64,000 bases of DNA from Chloroflexota bacterium (GCA_022825895.1 JAJDVX010000042.1:6525-70524); one strand, 5' to 3'. Counted from the stretch's first letter, positions 9,923 through 19,984 are shown. Notes: generated from the sequence alone by a model not told the origin. A program made the numbers and translations.

Positions 9923-11524
9923 GTGCCGCTGAACCGTCGACGGTTTGTACGGATGGCCAGCGGCGGCATTGCGTTGGCGGCCGTCGCGTCCTGCGACGTT
10001 CCCGGATCGGAGACGGGCGGCGGCGACGGGCAGCGCCTGGAGCTGCTGCTGGACGAACCGGCGACGATCGACCCGGCGCTGGTCGCCCAGCCGCAGGAAG
10101 CGACGATCGCGGATGCCCTGTTCGAGCCGTTGCTGCGCGTGGGCGAGGGCGGCGCGACGTACCCGGCCGCGGCGGACTCATGGCAGATCACGGACGCGGG
10201 GCATGCCTATCAGTTCACGCTGGCGGGCGGCGGCCGTTGGACCACGGGCGAGGCGGTGTCCTCGGACGATTTCGTATGGGCGTGGCGACGCAACCTGGCG
10301 CCGGAATTGGGTGCGACGTTCAACTACCTGCTGTTCCCGATCCGAGGCGCGGAGAGCTATGCCGGCGGCGGTCGCAATCGCGACGTGCCGGAGGTTCGGG
10401 CGCCGGATACGTCAACGCTGCGGGTGCACCTTGACGCCCCAACGCCGGGATTCCTGGCGCGGGTGGCGACTTCGACCTTCGTACCACTGCCACGCGCGGA
10501 AATTGAAGGCACCGGGGCATCGTGGACCGAGCCGATCCGAATTCGAAGCAATGGTCCGTACAAACTGGCGCAGTGGGACCGCAGCCTGGGCATGACGCTG
10601 CACCGGAATGACCACTACGGCGGACCCTTGCCGCCTCGCTTCCGCGACGTGGTTGTCCGGTTTCCCCGATCAGCCGACTCCCGGCTCCAGGACTTTCACG
10701 CAAGTCCCGCGCACGCCGCCAGCGTGAGTGGCCCGGACTATCAATCGGCACTGGCCAATGCGGACCTGCGGCCGCAGGTGCGGCTCTTCGCGCGTGCCGG
10801 CACCTGGTTCATCGTGTTCAACACGCGCAAGGCGCCGTGGGACTCGGCGGACGTTCGACGGGCGCTGTCGCTGGCTCTCGACCGCGAGGCGTTGACCGCG
10901 GCGGTGTTTGACGAGCCCACGCTTCCGGCGCAGCGCGTGACGCCTGAGACCATCCTGGCGGCCGAGTCCAATCCCGCCCCAGGGGCTGACGAGGCACGCG
11001 CGCTGCTGGCCGGCGCCGGATACCCAAACGGTGAAGGCCTGCCGCCGCTGCGCTTTACCTATCACCGCACCGACCAGTGGGACCGGCTTGCCGCGGAACT
11101 CACCCGGGTATGGAGCGATGTCCTTGGCCTGGACGTCCAGCCCGACGTCCGCGAGTGGCGCGACTTCCTGGACTTTTCGAACGCGCCCGGCGATTTTGAC
11201 GCCTACCGCGCCGGGTGGACGTCCGAGTACCGTCATCCGTCGAACTGGCTGGACGATCTGTGGCGATCGGACGTGGACTTCTTCCGATCAGGCTGGGCGA
11301 ACGCCGAGTTTGACCGGCACCTGGACACGGCGGCGGCCAGCACGGACCCGGAGGCTCAGCGCGCGGCCTACGCGGCCGCCGAAGGCCTGCTGGAAGCCGA
11401 GGCGCCGGCCATAGCCATCGGCCAGCATGCGTCGGCTTTCCTGCTCAAGCCCACCGTGAGCGCCTTCGGGATCGAGCCGGTAAGCGGTGCGATCGACCTG
11501 GCACAGGTACGGCTGGACGCCTAA
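9923..11524 (+). CDS. ABC transporter substrate-binding protein, family 5 (paralogue)
   Basis: 533 aa. Signal-like N-terminus (IALAAVASC lipobox-like), SBP_bac_5 pattern (LDPALV, SWQITDAGHAYQFTLAGGGRWTTGEAVSSDDFVWAW). Confidence 0.8.
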   Translation: MPLNRRRFVRMASGGIALAAVASCDVPGSETGGGDGQRLELLLDEPATIDPALVAQPQEATIADALFEPLLRVGEGGATYPAAADSWQITDAGHAYQFTLAGGGRWTTGEAVSSDDFVWAWRRNLAPELGATFNYLLFPIRGAESYAGGGRNRDVPEVRAPDTSTLRVHLDAPTPGFLARVATSTFVPLPRAEIEGTGASWTEPIRIRSNGPYKLAQWDRSLGMTLHRNDHYGGPLPPRFRDVVVRFPRSADSRLQDFHASPAHAASVSGPDYQSALANADLRPQVRLFARAGTWFIVFNTRKAPWDSADVRRALSLALDREALTAAVFDEPTLPAQRVTPETILAAESNPAPGADEARALLAGAGYPNGEGLPPLRFTYHRTDQWDRLAAELTRVWSDVLGLDVQPDVREWRDFLDFSNAPGDFDAYRAGWTSEYRHPSNWLDDLWRSDVDFFRSGWANAEFDRHLDTAAASTDPEAQRAAYAAAEGLLEAEAPAIAIGQHASAFLLKPTVSAFGIEPVSGAIDLAQVRLDA

Positions 11525-11548
11525 GCCGTCGCGACCGACCCGCGCGGA

Positions 11549-12391
11549 CTAGCGCTCGATCGGCTGGCCGATCATGGAACCCCACTCGGTCCAGGAGCCG
11601 TCGTAGTTGCGGACGTTGCCGACGCCGAGCAGTTCGTGCAGCGCGAACCAGGTGTGGGCGGAACGTTCGCCAATCCGGCAGTAGGTGATGACGGGGGCAT
11701 CGCCGGTCGCGCCGAGCGGGCCGTAGATCTCCAGTAGCTCATCGGCCGACTTGAAGGTGCCGTCCGCTTCGTTGACGGCGGTGAGCCAGGGAACGTTGTC
11801 GGCGCCGGGAATGTGTCCGCCGCGCTGTGACAGTTCCTGGAGGCCTGGCGGCGCCAGGATCTCGCCGGTGAACTCGGCGGGCGAACGCACGTCGACCAGC
11901 ACGGTGGAGCCGTCGCCAAGTGCGGCGCGGACGTCGGGCTGGAGGACGCGGAGCGAGGGGTCGGCCGTGCCGGCCTCATAGGCGGTGCGCTCGACCACGG
12001 TCTCGTCGGTGGTCAGTTCGCGGCCTTCCTGCTCCCACTTGAGCCGGCCGCCGTTCATCAGGCTCACGCGCTCGTGGCCGGCCATCTTGAACTGCCAATA
12101 GGCGAACGCGGCGAACCAGTTGTTGTTGTCGCCGTAGAGGATGACGTGGGTGTCCGCGGCGATGCCGGAGGCTTCCAGCAAATCCTTCCACTGATCCGGC
12201 GAGGCGATGTCACGCCGGACGCCATCGGAGAGCTGCGTCTCCCAATTCCAACCCACGGCGCCGGGAATGTGCCCGGAGTCGTACGAGGACGTGTCGACGT
12301 CCACCTCGACCAGGCGAACGTTGTCATCGCCGCCGTGGGCGGCGACCCAATCAGTGTCGACGAGGACGTCTGGATTCACATATTCGGCCAT
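11549..12391 (-). CDS. Thiosulfate/3-mercaptopyruvate sulfurtransferase (tandem rhodanese domains)
   Basis: 280 aa. Two rhodanese modules. Active-site CRIGERS in the second domain. Confidence 0.85.
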   Translation of the reverse strand: MAEYVNPDVLVDTDWVAAHGGDDNVRLVEVDVDTSSYDSGHIPGAVGWNWETQLSDGVRRDIASPDQWKDLLEASGIAADTHVILYGDNNNWFAAFAYWQFKMAGHERVSLMNGGRLKWEQEGRELTTDETVVERTAYEAGTADPSLRVLQPDVRAALGDGSTVLVDVRSPAEFTGEILAPPGLQELSQRGGHIPGADNVPWLTAVNEADGTFKSADELLEIYGPLGATGDAPVITYCRIGERSAHTWFALHELLGVGNVRNYDGSWTEWGSMIGQPIER

Positions 12392-12531
12392 TGAGGCTAC
12401 CTACCTGGGGAAAGCTGACGTGCCCGCGCGGATGCGGGGCCAATTCTTGCATGAAAACGAAGTCGTACTACATTCGAAATCGCAGGGGTGGGCTACAGTG
12501 CCCGCCGCCACCCTCTCGGTTTAGGCCGCCC

Positions 12532-14109
12532 ATGCCGACTCGAGCAAAACGCCAGCAGGCGATTCGGATCGCGGTCCTGGCACTGACGATCCTGGGCGCG
12601 GCGTTTCTCGCGCCGGCCGGGCTTGCCCATGCAGAGTCGCCGCCGGATTCCGCCATTGCCGACGGGTGGTTCTTTTCGCAGGCCGGGCCGGATGAGGGGT
12701 TGGGGTTTGAAGTCACGGACGCCGACGACGTGCCGTTCTGGACATTCTTCCAGGAAGCCGGCGGCGTCGCGCGACTGGGCTATCCGATCGCCAATCGCTG
12801 GACGCAGGGCGACCTGACCTACCAGGCGTTCCAGCGGGCCGTGTTGCAGGGGAGCGCAGGCGCCGGGGTGACGTTTGTGAACATCTATGACGAGCTGAGC
12901 CAGGCTGGACGGGACGACTGGCTGGCCTCGGAACGCGGCGTGCCCCGGCCGCCAACGTCCACGACACCCGACCAGCGGCCCTTTGCTGAAATCCTGGCCG
13001 AGCGGCTTGAACTGCTGGCACGGCATCCCGACATCGAGCGCTTTTGGTTCCGCGACGAACACTGGCTCGAGACGTATGGATTGCCCATTGCCACCGAGGA
13101 TCGCGGCCACGTGGTGGTACTGCGGGCGCAGCGCGCGGTCTTCTGGCAACTGCAAACCGACGCGGAACTGGCCACCGGGCCAGCCATGGTGGGGGTCTCG
13201 TTCAGCGGCATTCACTTCCGCGACGGCGGTCTAATCCCGACGGCGGCAACCGCCGGCGTTGCGGATCCGGCGCTGGCCGGGACGACCGGGCAACTGGCAT
13301 TCCTGAGCAACCGCGACGGGGCCTGGAACCTGTGGGCCATGACGCCGACCGGGACCGAGTTGACGCAACTCACGCAGACGGGCGGCCTGACGAGCCGTCC
13401 GAACTGGTCGCTGGACGGGCGGCGGATTGCCTACTCGGCGTTTGCGAGCGGGGGGTACCAGGTTTTCGTGGCCGACGGCGACGGGAGCAATCCGCGGCAA
13501 CTCACCAATACACCCGCCACGGACTGGGAGGCCTGGTGGTCGCCGGACGGCGAGCGGCTGGTGTTTGCCAGCACCCGCAGCGGCGAGAGCGAGATCTACA
13601 CGATGCTGGCGGACGGTTCCGAGCAGCGGATCATCGGCGACCAGGCCGGGTTTCTCTGCTATCCCGCGTGGTCGCCCGATGGCTTGCAGCTCATCTTCAC
13701 CAGCGGGTCGGACATAGTGACCGTGGATCTTGACGATCCGCAGGGTTCGCGCGCCGTGATTAGCAGCGGCCGCGATCCGTCGTTCTCGCCGGACGGCACG
13801 CGTATTACGTTTGCGCGCTGGATCGGGGATGCCTTTGATGTGTTCGTTGCCGACGCCGACGGATCGAATGAAGTCCGCCTGACCACGCACCCCGCTCCGG
13901 ATTGGAACCCGGTGTTTTCGCCGGACGGCGCCAAGATCGCCTTTGCCAGCTACCGGGACGCCAACTGGGAGATTTATACGGTCAGAGTGGATGGCACGGA
14001 CTTGCAGCGGATAACCGACAACCCGGCGTCGGACTACCTGCCGGCCTGGGGCAATCCGCTACGCGCCACCGACCAGCCGCGAGCGAGCGGCGGCAGCCGC
14101 CCCAAGTAG
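12532..14109 (+). CDS. Secreted TolB-like PD40 beta-propeller repeat protein with an uncharacterised N-terminal domain
   Basis: Internal start MPTRAKRQQAIRIAVLALTILGAAFLAPAGLAHA (signal peptide). C-terminal half has repeated PD40-type units (S.S.DG..IAF, SPDG..L.F.S.R.G..EIY). Confidence 0.7.
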   Translation: MPTRAKRQQAIRIAVLALTILGAAFLAPAGLAHAESPPDSAIADGWFFSQAGPDEGLGFEVTDADDVPFWTFFQEAGGVARLGYPIANRWTQGDLTYQAFQRAVLQGSAGAGVTFVNIYDELSQAGRDDWLASERGVPRPPTSTTPDQRPFAEILAERLELLARHPDIERFWFRDEHWLETYGLPIATEDRGHVVVLRAQRAVFWQLQTDAELATGPAMVGVSFSGIHFRDGGLIPTAATAGVADPALAGTTGQLAFLSNRDGAWNLWAMTPTGTELTQLTQTGGLTSRPNWSLDGRRIAYSAFASGGYQVFVADGDGSNPRQLTNTPATDWEAWWSPDGERLVFASTRSGESEIYTMLADGSEQRIIGDQAGFLCYPAWSPDGLQLIFTSGSDIVTVDLDDPQGSRAVISSGRDPSFSPDGTRITFARWIGDAFDVFVADADGSNEVRLTTHPAPDWNPVFSPDGAKIAFASYRDANWEIYTVRVDGTDLQRITDNPASDYLPAWGNPLRATDQPRASGGSRPK

Positions 14110-15030
14110 TCCCACGTCTTCGCCGAGCGACCAGGGTTCGAGCCGCAGGTTGGGCGCGGTGCTCTCCAGGAGATGCTCGCGGACGGTGGCCCGCAGCGGA
14201 TCGAAGAGTAGGTCGCCGGCGTTGGCGATGCCGCCTCCGACAACGACGACATCCAGGTTCACGAGATGCGCGACGTTGATGATGCCAAAGCCGACGGCGC
14301 GTCCCGCGCGATGCAAAGCGCTGATCGAAAGTTTGTCGCCCCGTCGCGCCGCTTCGACCACGTCGCGGCCGGAAAGGTCGGCCTGGCCGCTGATACTGCT
14401 GGCGCGGCCCGCCGCGATTTGTTCGCCTACCCAGGCCGCGATGTCGGGCCCGGCGGCGATGGCCTCAATGCAGCCGCGGTTGCCGCAGTCGCAGAGCGGA
14501 CCTTCGAAATCGACGGTCATGTGGCCGAACTCGCCGGCGCTTCCGTAAGCGCCGTGCCAGAGTTGGCCGTCCAGGATCAAGCCGCCGCCGACGCCCGTGC
14601 TGACGGTGATGTAGAGCATGTTCATGGCACCCCGACCCGCCCCGTATTGGCGTTCGGCTAGCGCGGCGGCGTTGGCGTCGTTTTCGAGGAATGCCGGGAG
14701 ACCAACGGCATCGGCGATCCGCGCCGCCAACGGGACTTCCTTCCAGCCCGGCAGGTTGGGAGCCTCGTGAATGACGCCGGTGTCCCAGTCGAGCGGCCCG
14801 GGGGCGCCAATCCCAACGGCTACGAGGTCCGAGACGTGGACGGACGCGCGGGCCAGCGAGTCCTGCAGCACGGCAACGGTGCGATCAATCACCGCATCGG
14901 GTCCCCGGGACGCTTCCGTAGCGCCGGTTGCAAAGCCCGTAATGCCACCGTTCACAGCGACGACAGCCGCGCGCACGCTGGTCCCGCCAAGGTCGATGGC
15001 GCCGACCGGCCCGGACAGGTCAGGCATCAC
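14059..15030 (-). CDS. ROK family sugar kinase (glucokinase-like)
   Basis: 323 aa. AIDLGGTSVRAAVV ATPase motif, ROK signature with zinc cysteines (CDCGNRGCIE). Confidence 0.85.
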   Translation of the reverse strand: MMPDLSGPVGAIDLGGTSVRAAVVAVNGGITGFATGATEASRGPDAVIDRTVAVLQDSLARASVHVSDLVAVGIGAPGPLDWDTGVIHEAPNLPGWKEVPLAARIADAVGLPAFLENDANAAALAERQYGAGRGAMNMLYITVSTGVGGGLILDGQLWHGAYGSAGEFGHMTVDFEGPLCDCGNRGCIEAIAAGPDIAAWVGEQIAAGRASSISGQADLSGRDVVEAARRGDKLSISALHRAGRAVGFGIINVAHLVNLDVVVVGGGIANAGDLLFDPLRATVREHLLESTAPNLRLEPWSLGEDVGLLGAAAAARSRLVGGA

Positions 15031-16192
15031 TGGGGCCCCTGACGGGCGGCGCCGTCAGTCCGGCCGAATCGCGCGCGCCTCGGCGTCGCAGCGCCTGGAC
15101 GATTTCGAACAGCAGCATGGCCGCCAGGATGAAGGCCGGCGCGAGCAGCATGCCACCTCGCGGTCCGGCGGCGTCGGACGCGGCGCCAATCATCGGTGCA
15201 AGCAGCGCCCCGCCGACACTGGCCATGGCGGTGAGGGCCCCGGCGAGGGAACCTGCGATTCCGGGTCGAATGCGCAGGCCGATACCGAGCGCGGTGGGGA
15301 AGACCCCGCCGATCGCCGCGCCCGTCAGGACGAATCCCAGGACGGCCAGCGGCGCGGAACCCGCCAGCGCCGCCAGTATCGACGTGCCCAGCGCCAGCAC
15401 GAGCGACCAGCGAACAATGTTGGACGCCCGCCAGGAGTCAGCCAGGCGGTAGACGACTAAGCGCCCGAGCAGGACGCCGATCCAGAAGGCGGTGACCGAA
15501 GCCGCCGCCGCCGCTCGCGGAATCCCCTGCGTGCGCTCCATGAAGGCCGCGCCGAAGTCGCCAAAGGCGATTTCGACGCCGACGTACAGCATCAACACCA
15601 GCCCCAGGAGGAGCGAAACCGGCGAGCCAAGCCCACGAACGATGCTCCGAAACGGTGGGACTGAACCGCGACGAGGCGGATACGACAGGCGCGTGAACAT
15701 GAGGCCGCTGGTCGCGAACCATACGGCCACGACGACGTAGGCGACGCGCCAGCTTGCCAAGGCGGCCAGGCCGACGGCCACGAGCGGCGGAGCCGCGATG
15801 GCGCCAAGCGCGAAGGCCGAGTTGAAGAGGTTGAGCGCCCGCGTGCTGCGTTGGCGCGCGAGGTCCGCAATCAGCGCCGTGGCGGCGGCAAGACCGGGTC
15901 CGAAGGATGCCCCGATGCAAAATCCGGCCGCCAGCAGCGAGCCGAACGTGAGACTGGCGGCGAACCAGAACATGGACAGCGCGGCTCCGGCCGCGGACGG
16001 GACCAATACCGCACGGCGCCCCCAGCGGTCGGACGCCGCACCGCCGGCCAGCGATCCGGCGATGAATCCGATCGAGATGACGGTGATGATCAGGCTGATC
16101 TGGCTGTAGGTAAGGCCGAAGTCCTCGCTAATCGACTCGACCGACGGCCCGAAGACGCTGATGGCGGCGCCGCCGGCGGCATAGAACCACAT
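15020..16192 (-). CDS. MFS transporter
   Basis: About 12 predicted TM helices. Start taken at internal MWFYAAGGAAI of ORF 15020..16303. MFS motif-A-like DRWGRR. Confidence 0.7.
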   Translation of the reverse strand: MWFYAAGGAAISVFGPSVESISEDFGLTYSQISLIITVISIGFIAGSLAGGAASDRWGRRAVLVPSAAGAALSMFWFAASLTFGSLLAAGFCIGASFGPGLAAATALIADLARQRSTRALNLFNSAFALGAIAAPPLVAVGLAALASWRVAYVVVAVWFATSGLMFTRLSYPPRRGSVPPFRSIVRGLGSPVSLLLGLVLMLYVGVEIAFGDFGAAFMERTQGIPRAAAAASVTAFWIGVLLGRLVVYRLADSWRASNIVRWSLVLALGTSILAALAGSAPLAVLGFVLTGAAIGGVFPTALGIGLRIRPGIAGSLAGALTAMASVGGALLAPMIGAASDAAGPRGGMLLAPAFILAAMLLFEIVQALRRRGARDSAGLTAPPVRGPSDA

Positions 16193-16244
16193 GCTGGCCG
16201 CCAGGATCACGGGGCATGCCCGGGGTCCGACGATCCGGAAGCCG

Positions 16245-17411
16245 TCAACGTCGGAGTTCGGCCATGTGCAGCCGGCGGGCAAGCAGCAAGCACAGAAGCG
16301 CAATGCCCAGGGTCATCGGCAGCATGGTGACGGCCGCGCGAACGGAGAATGCGTCTGCCACGGCGCCGGAGAGCAGGGAGAGTCCGGCGAATCCGGTGCC
16401 GCCCATGGCAAGCATGAACCCGGCAATCATGCCGGAATCTGCCGGTCGGTAGCGCACTCCAATCCCGACCACCGTGGTGAATACCGGACCCGCGGCCAGA
16501 CCGGAGAGCGACGCCGCCGCGAGGATAGCCATGGGCTGGGGAGCGCCAGCCACAATGACCGCGCAAAGCAGCGAGAGTCCCAGGCTGCCAAGGGCCAGGT
16601 TGTACGCCTGTACCCGCAGCGCCAGCCATGCGCCGATCATCCGTCCCAGCGAAAGGCCGACCCAAAAGGCCGCGACCAGGGCGGCCGCCACGGAGCGCGT
16701 GACGCCGTGGTCGGTCTCCAGGTACGCGGCCAGGAATCCGCCAAGTCCGAGTTGCATGCCGAAGTAGCCCACCACCACGGCGCCGAGCAGGATTGGCACG
16801 GGCCGGATGATGGCGGAGAAACGTGACTCACCGCTGGCGCGCTGCGCGGTCGCGGACGGAATGCGCGCCGACAGCAGCACGACCGACGCGAGCCCGACGA
16901 GCAACGCCGCGGCGAGATACGCGCCGCGCCAGCCGACCGGCGTCTGCAGGAGCACACCAACCATGGGCGGGGCCATGAGGGCGCCGAAGCCAAACGGCAT
17001 CTGGGAGATCGTCATGGCGCGCCCGGTGGCATCGCCCGCCACGTCCGATACGGTCGCGGTGAGCGGGGCCTCCGTGAGTCCGAATCCGAATCCGTTCAAG
17101 CAGGAACCGAGCAGCAGTATCCCCAGAGCCGGCGAAAAACCGGCGATCAGCAGTCCGATCACCAGGAGCGTCACTCCCGCGGTGAGCGTGGGCCGGCGGC
17201 CGAGCCGATCCGCCACCAGCCCGCCCACGCTCGTTCCGGTGGCATACGAGATTGCGGGCACGATCAGGGTCAGGACGACCACGAGATACGTGAGATCGAA
17301 GTCAGCCCGCACGGCCTCAAGCGAAGGGCCCGGCACCGCGAGCAAAAAGCCGATGGTGAAATAGAACGGCATGGAGCGCGGGACGACCGAGCGCCGTCCG
17401 CCAATGTTCAT
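16245..17411 (-). CDS. MFS transporter (paralogue)
   Basis: 388 aa, polytopic. ADRLGRRPTLT motif A. The true start may be the internal MPFYFTIGF. Confidence 0.7.
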   Translation of the reverse strand: MNIGGRRSVVPRSMPFYFTIGFLLAVPGPSLEAVRADFDLTYLVVVLTLIVPAISYATGTSVGGLVADRLGRRPTLTAGVTLLVIGLLIAGFSPALGILLLGSCLNGFGFGLTEAPLTATVSDVAGDATGRAMTISQMPFGFGALMAPPMVGVLLQTPVGWRGAYLAAALLVGLASVVLLSARIPSATAQRASGESRFSAIIRPVPILLGAVVVGYFGMQLGLGGFLAAYLETDHGVTRSVAAALVAAFWVGLSLGRMIGAWLALRVQAYNLALGSLGLSLLCAVIVAGAPQPMAILAAASLSGLAAGPVFTTVVGIGVRYRPADSGMIAGFMLAMGGTGFAGLSLLSGAVADAFSVRAAVTMLPMTLGIALLCLLLARRLHMAELRR

Positions 17412-17444
17412 GCCGAAGCCAAGCGCCGGGCTGTAGGCGAAGCG

Positions 17445-18704
17445 CTAGGCGCGCGGTTCAAACGCGCAGGTCTCGACGATGGCGTCGTCCGCATCGAAGC
17501 CGAACGGAGTCGTCGGTTCAATCACCTGGCAGTTCCCGGGCAGGTCGCCAAGCGCGCTCTCGCTGACCCAGAAGGTCTCAAGGTCGAGGGTGTTGCGAAT
17601 CCGACCGATACGTATGGGCTCACTGGTCGAGCGAGCGGCCAGGTTGAGCACCGTCTGGTAGCAGGCACGGTCGCTGGGCAGCGTCAGCGGCACCTTGGCC
17701 GCGTGCAGCGCCATGGCCGTAAGGGTGTTCATGGCCAGGGCTTCGTGGTCGATGGCGTCGGCCAGCTTGCGGCTGCAGAGATCCGCCAGCCCGATGCCGA
17801 CGGCGTTGCCGTGGGACTCGGGGGTGAGGCCGAGCACGGCGAGCCAGCCGTAGTCGGGCGTGCGCTCCAGTTCGCCCAGGCGACGCCACATGCCGACGAC
17901 GTTCGGATCCATGCCGGAGCCTGAGATGTTCTTCCCCATGCGGTCGATGACCAGGCCATCCAGCTTCTCGAGCGGAAGACGGGGCATGAGCTCGCGGGCG
18001 AGCTTGAGGAGGGCTTCATCGGTGACGTGGAACGCCTCGGGTGGAACGACTTCGGCCCGGGCCGGCCGGTCGAAGGCGTTCTCCACCAGGGCCACGCCGC
18101 AGAGCAGATGGCCGGAAGCCACCGTCAGGGCCGCCGCCTCGGGAATCCCCGTGGCCAGCGGATGCGCGTGCAGCGACTCGGCGCCGCGGCGATTGCCCAG
18201 ACCGATCACGCTCATCTTGCAAAGGCCGCTCTCGATCGGCCCGCGGAATCCGGTGTGGGGCTTGACGCGACCGATGACGATGACGCCATCGGCGGCCGCC
18301 GCTTCGGCGTCCAGGTGGACCGTAATGCCTGAAGCGGTTGTGCCGAGAATGACCGTGTCCATGGTGGCCCGGACGGGGGCGCCAACGCTCCGCTCGTGGA
18401 CCCCGTAATCGGCCAACACCGATGCCTGCCCCTCGGCGGTGCCGCCCCCGTGACTGCCCATGGCGGGAACGACGAACGGCCGTAGCCCAGCTGCCTTAAG
18501 CCCACGCACGAGGGTTTGCACGACCTGGACCACCGGCGACACGCCTCGCGAGCCAACGGCGATGGCTACTGAAGCGCCGCGCGGCAGGCCGGCTCGGTCG
18601 AGTTGCCGGTTCAGCCCGGCGGCCAGGTGTCCTTCGAGATCGTCGAGTTCAGCGGTCGTGAAGGCCTGGCGGACCAGGTGCATGCGGGGCGCGGCGGCTG
18701 GCAT
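17445..18704 (-). CDS. LarA-like (DUF2088) lactate-racemase-family domain protein; function uncertain
   Basis: 419 aa with no TM segments. Size and motifs (AVGSRGV..., PAMGSHGG) resemble nickel-pincer LarA-family proteins. The assignment is tentative. Confidence 0.4.
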   Translation of the reverse strand: MPAAAPRMHLVRQAFTTAELDDLEGHLAAGLNRQLDRAGLPRGASVAIAVGSRGVSPVVQVVQTLVRGLKAAGLRPFVVPAMGSHGGGTAEGQASVLADYGVHERSVGAPVRATMDTVILGTTASGITVHLDAEAAAADGVIVIGRVKPHTGFRGPIESGLCKMSVIGLGNRRGAESLHAHPLATGIPEAAALTVASGHLLCGVALVENAFDRPARAEVVPPEAFHVTDEALLKLARELMPRLPLEKLDGLVIDRMGKNISGSGMDPNVVGMWRRLGELERTPDYGWLAVLGLTPESHGNAVGIGLADLCSRKLADAIDHEALAMNTLTAMALHAAKVPLTLPSDRACYQTVLNLAARSTSEPIRIGRIRNTLDLETFWVSESALGDLPGNCQVIEPTTPFGFDADDAIVETCAFEPRA

Positions 18705-18778
18705 GAGCGCAGTCTAGCCAAGCAAGGACAGCGACCAGGCTGCGGCGCCTGGACGACCCGCCGATGCAGCAGTCCGCG

Positions 18779-19492
18779 TCAGCCGGACGTTTCCACGCGC
18801 CACGGTTGACAGCCCTTGGTACTCAGGGTGACCGGCAAATCGCGGAAGTGGGGACTCTCGCGGATTCCGTCGCTGAAGGCCAGGTCGCGAATACTGAGCC
18901 GGTCGGGACTTTGAATCACGCGGCTCTGATTGCGGCTGCCGCCCGACTCGATCCAGATGAGCTTGACCGTGCACGGGAGACCGGCATTGCCCGGCTCCCG
19001 AGCTACCAGCGTCATCTGCGTGGTGAGGTATTCGGGCAGGTTCTCTGCTCCATCCGAGATGCTGTGCATGACCCGAAACTCGCGCCGTTCCGCCAGGATA
19101 TTCAGCCAGAGGTTATAGCCGAGGATCGCCACGCCGATGAGCGCGATTCCGAGAGCCAGCGCCCCAAGCATGCGGCGACTGCGACGCTGGCGATCCTCCA
19201 TGGCCTGCGCGGCTCGTGCTCGTACGGCCGGGTCGCGGCGGACTGGCGGCGCGCGACTGGACACGGGCTCTTGAACGGTGCCCTGCGCGTCCGGAAGCTC
19301 AGGTTCTCGACCGCCGATCACATAGTGAAGCCAGTGAAACGCCCCCTTAACGAAGTGAATCGCGGCGTTTACCGCCAAGACAGCAGCGGCCCCGAAGAGC
19401 ACCCATCCAACGACAACGGCCAGCAGCGCGATTACAACAAGAACCGCGGCAACGACAAAGGCAGGCCCGGTAAAGTCCAAGATATTCGCCAA
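18779..19492 (-). CDS. Hypothetical membrane protein
   Basis: 237 aa. Two N-terminal TM helices, a third TM, and a C-terminal extracytoplasmic region. Preferred over the overlapping arginine-rich + strand ORF 18764..19708. Confidence 0.45.
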   Translation of the reverse strand: MANILDFTGPAFVVAAVLVVIALLAVVVGWVLFGAAAVLAVNAAIHFVKGAFHWLHYVIGGREPELPDAQGTVQEPVSSRAPPVRRDPAVRARAAQAMEDRQRRSRRMLGALALGIALIGVAILGYNLWLNILAERREFRVMHSISDGAENLPEYLTTQMTLVAREPGNAGLPCTVKLIWIESGGSRNQSRVIQSPDRLSIRDLAFSDGIRESPHFRDLPVTLSTKGCQPWRVETSG

Positions 19493-19648
19493 TTCGCCGC
19501 TTGGGGTTGCTCGATACGTCGGGTCAGCGGCGGCAGGCCCTCAAACTACCAAAGCAGGCCTGAAACCAAGCGGAAGCCGTCGAGCGAGAAACTGTCGGGC
19601 CGCGATCGGAGACCGGCCTGGACGGGCGCCAAGCCACGCCAGATCAGG

Positions 19649-19984
19649 CTAGTTGGTGAGTTGAACGATCAGCGTCACGATGGCCGCGCCCGCCGCGCTG
19701 AGTGCTGATACGAGACACGCAATTAGCAGACCGGCGGCCCAACGCGTGAGCGAGGCCTTCAGTTCTTGCAGGTCGGCTTTGGTCGCAAGGTGCGCGTAGT
19801 TGGCCTCAAGGCGAGTCACGCGCTCCTCGATGGGAATGGTCGCCACGGCGGGCGCTCCTTTCGCACGGCCACGCCCGGTTGCGACCATGCAACACCACCG
19901 CGCATGACCACGGTACCAGTCGTTCGAGATCTCATGTGAATGGGGGAAAGTGGTCGGCGACGGACCAACGTATCGGGCACCCAC
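19649..19984 (-). CDS. Small coiled-coil/TM protein (XhlA-like architecture)
   Basis: C-terminal 60 aa: coiled coil (RVTRLEANYAHLATKADLQELKASL) followed by one TM helix. The start may be the internal MVATGRG. Confidence 0.3.
   Translation of the reverse strand: MGARYVGPSPTTFPHSHEISNDWYRGHARWCCMVATGRGRAKGAPAVATIPIEERVTRLEANYAHLATKADLQELKASLTRWAAGLLIACLVSALSAAGAAIVTLIVQLTN

Noticed and set aside
18764-19708. 314-aa + strand ORF overlapping the hypothetical membrane protein
   Set aside because: It is arginine-rich with no domain. The opposite-strand ORF has clear TM helices and a better gene-like composition. Only one of the two can be real, and the minus-strand ORF was preferred.
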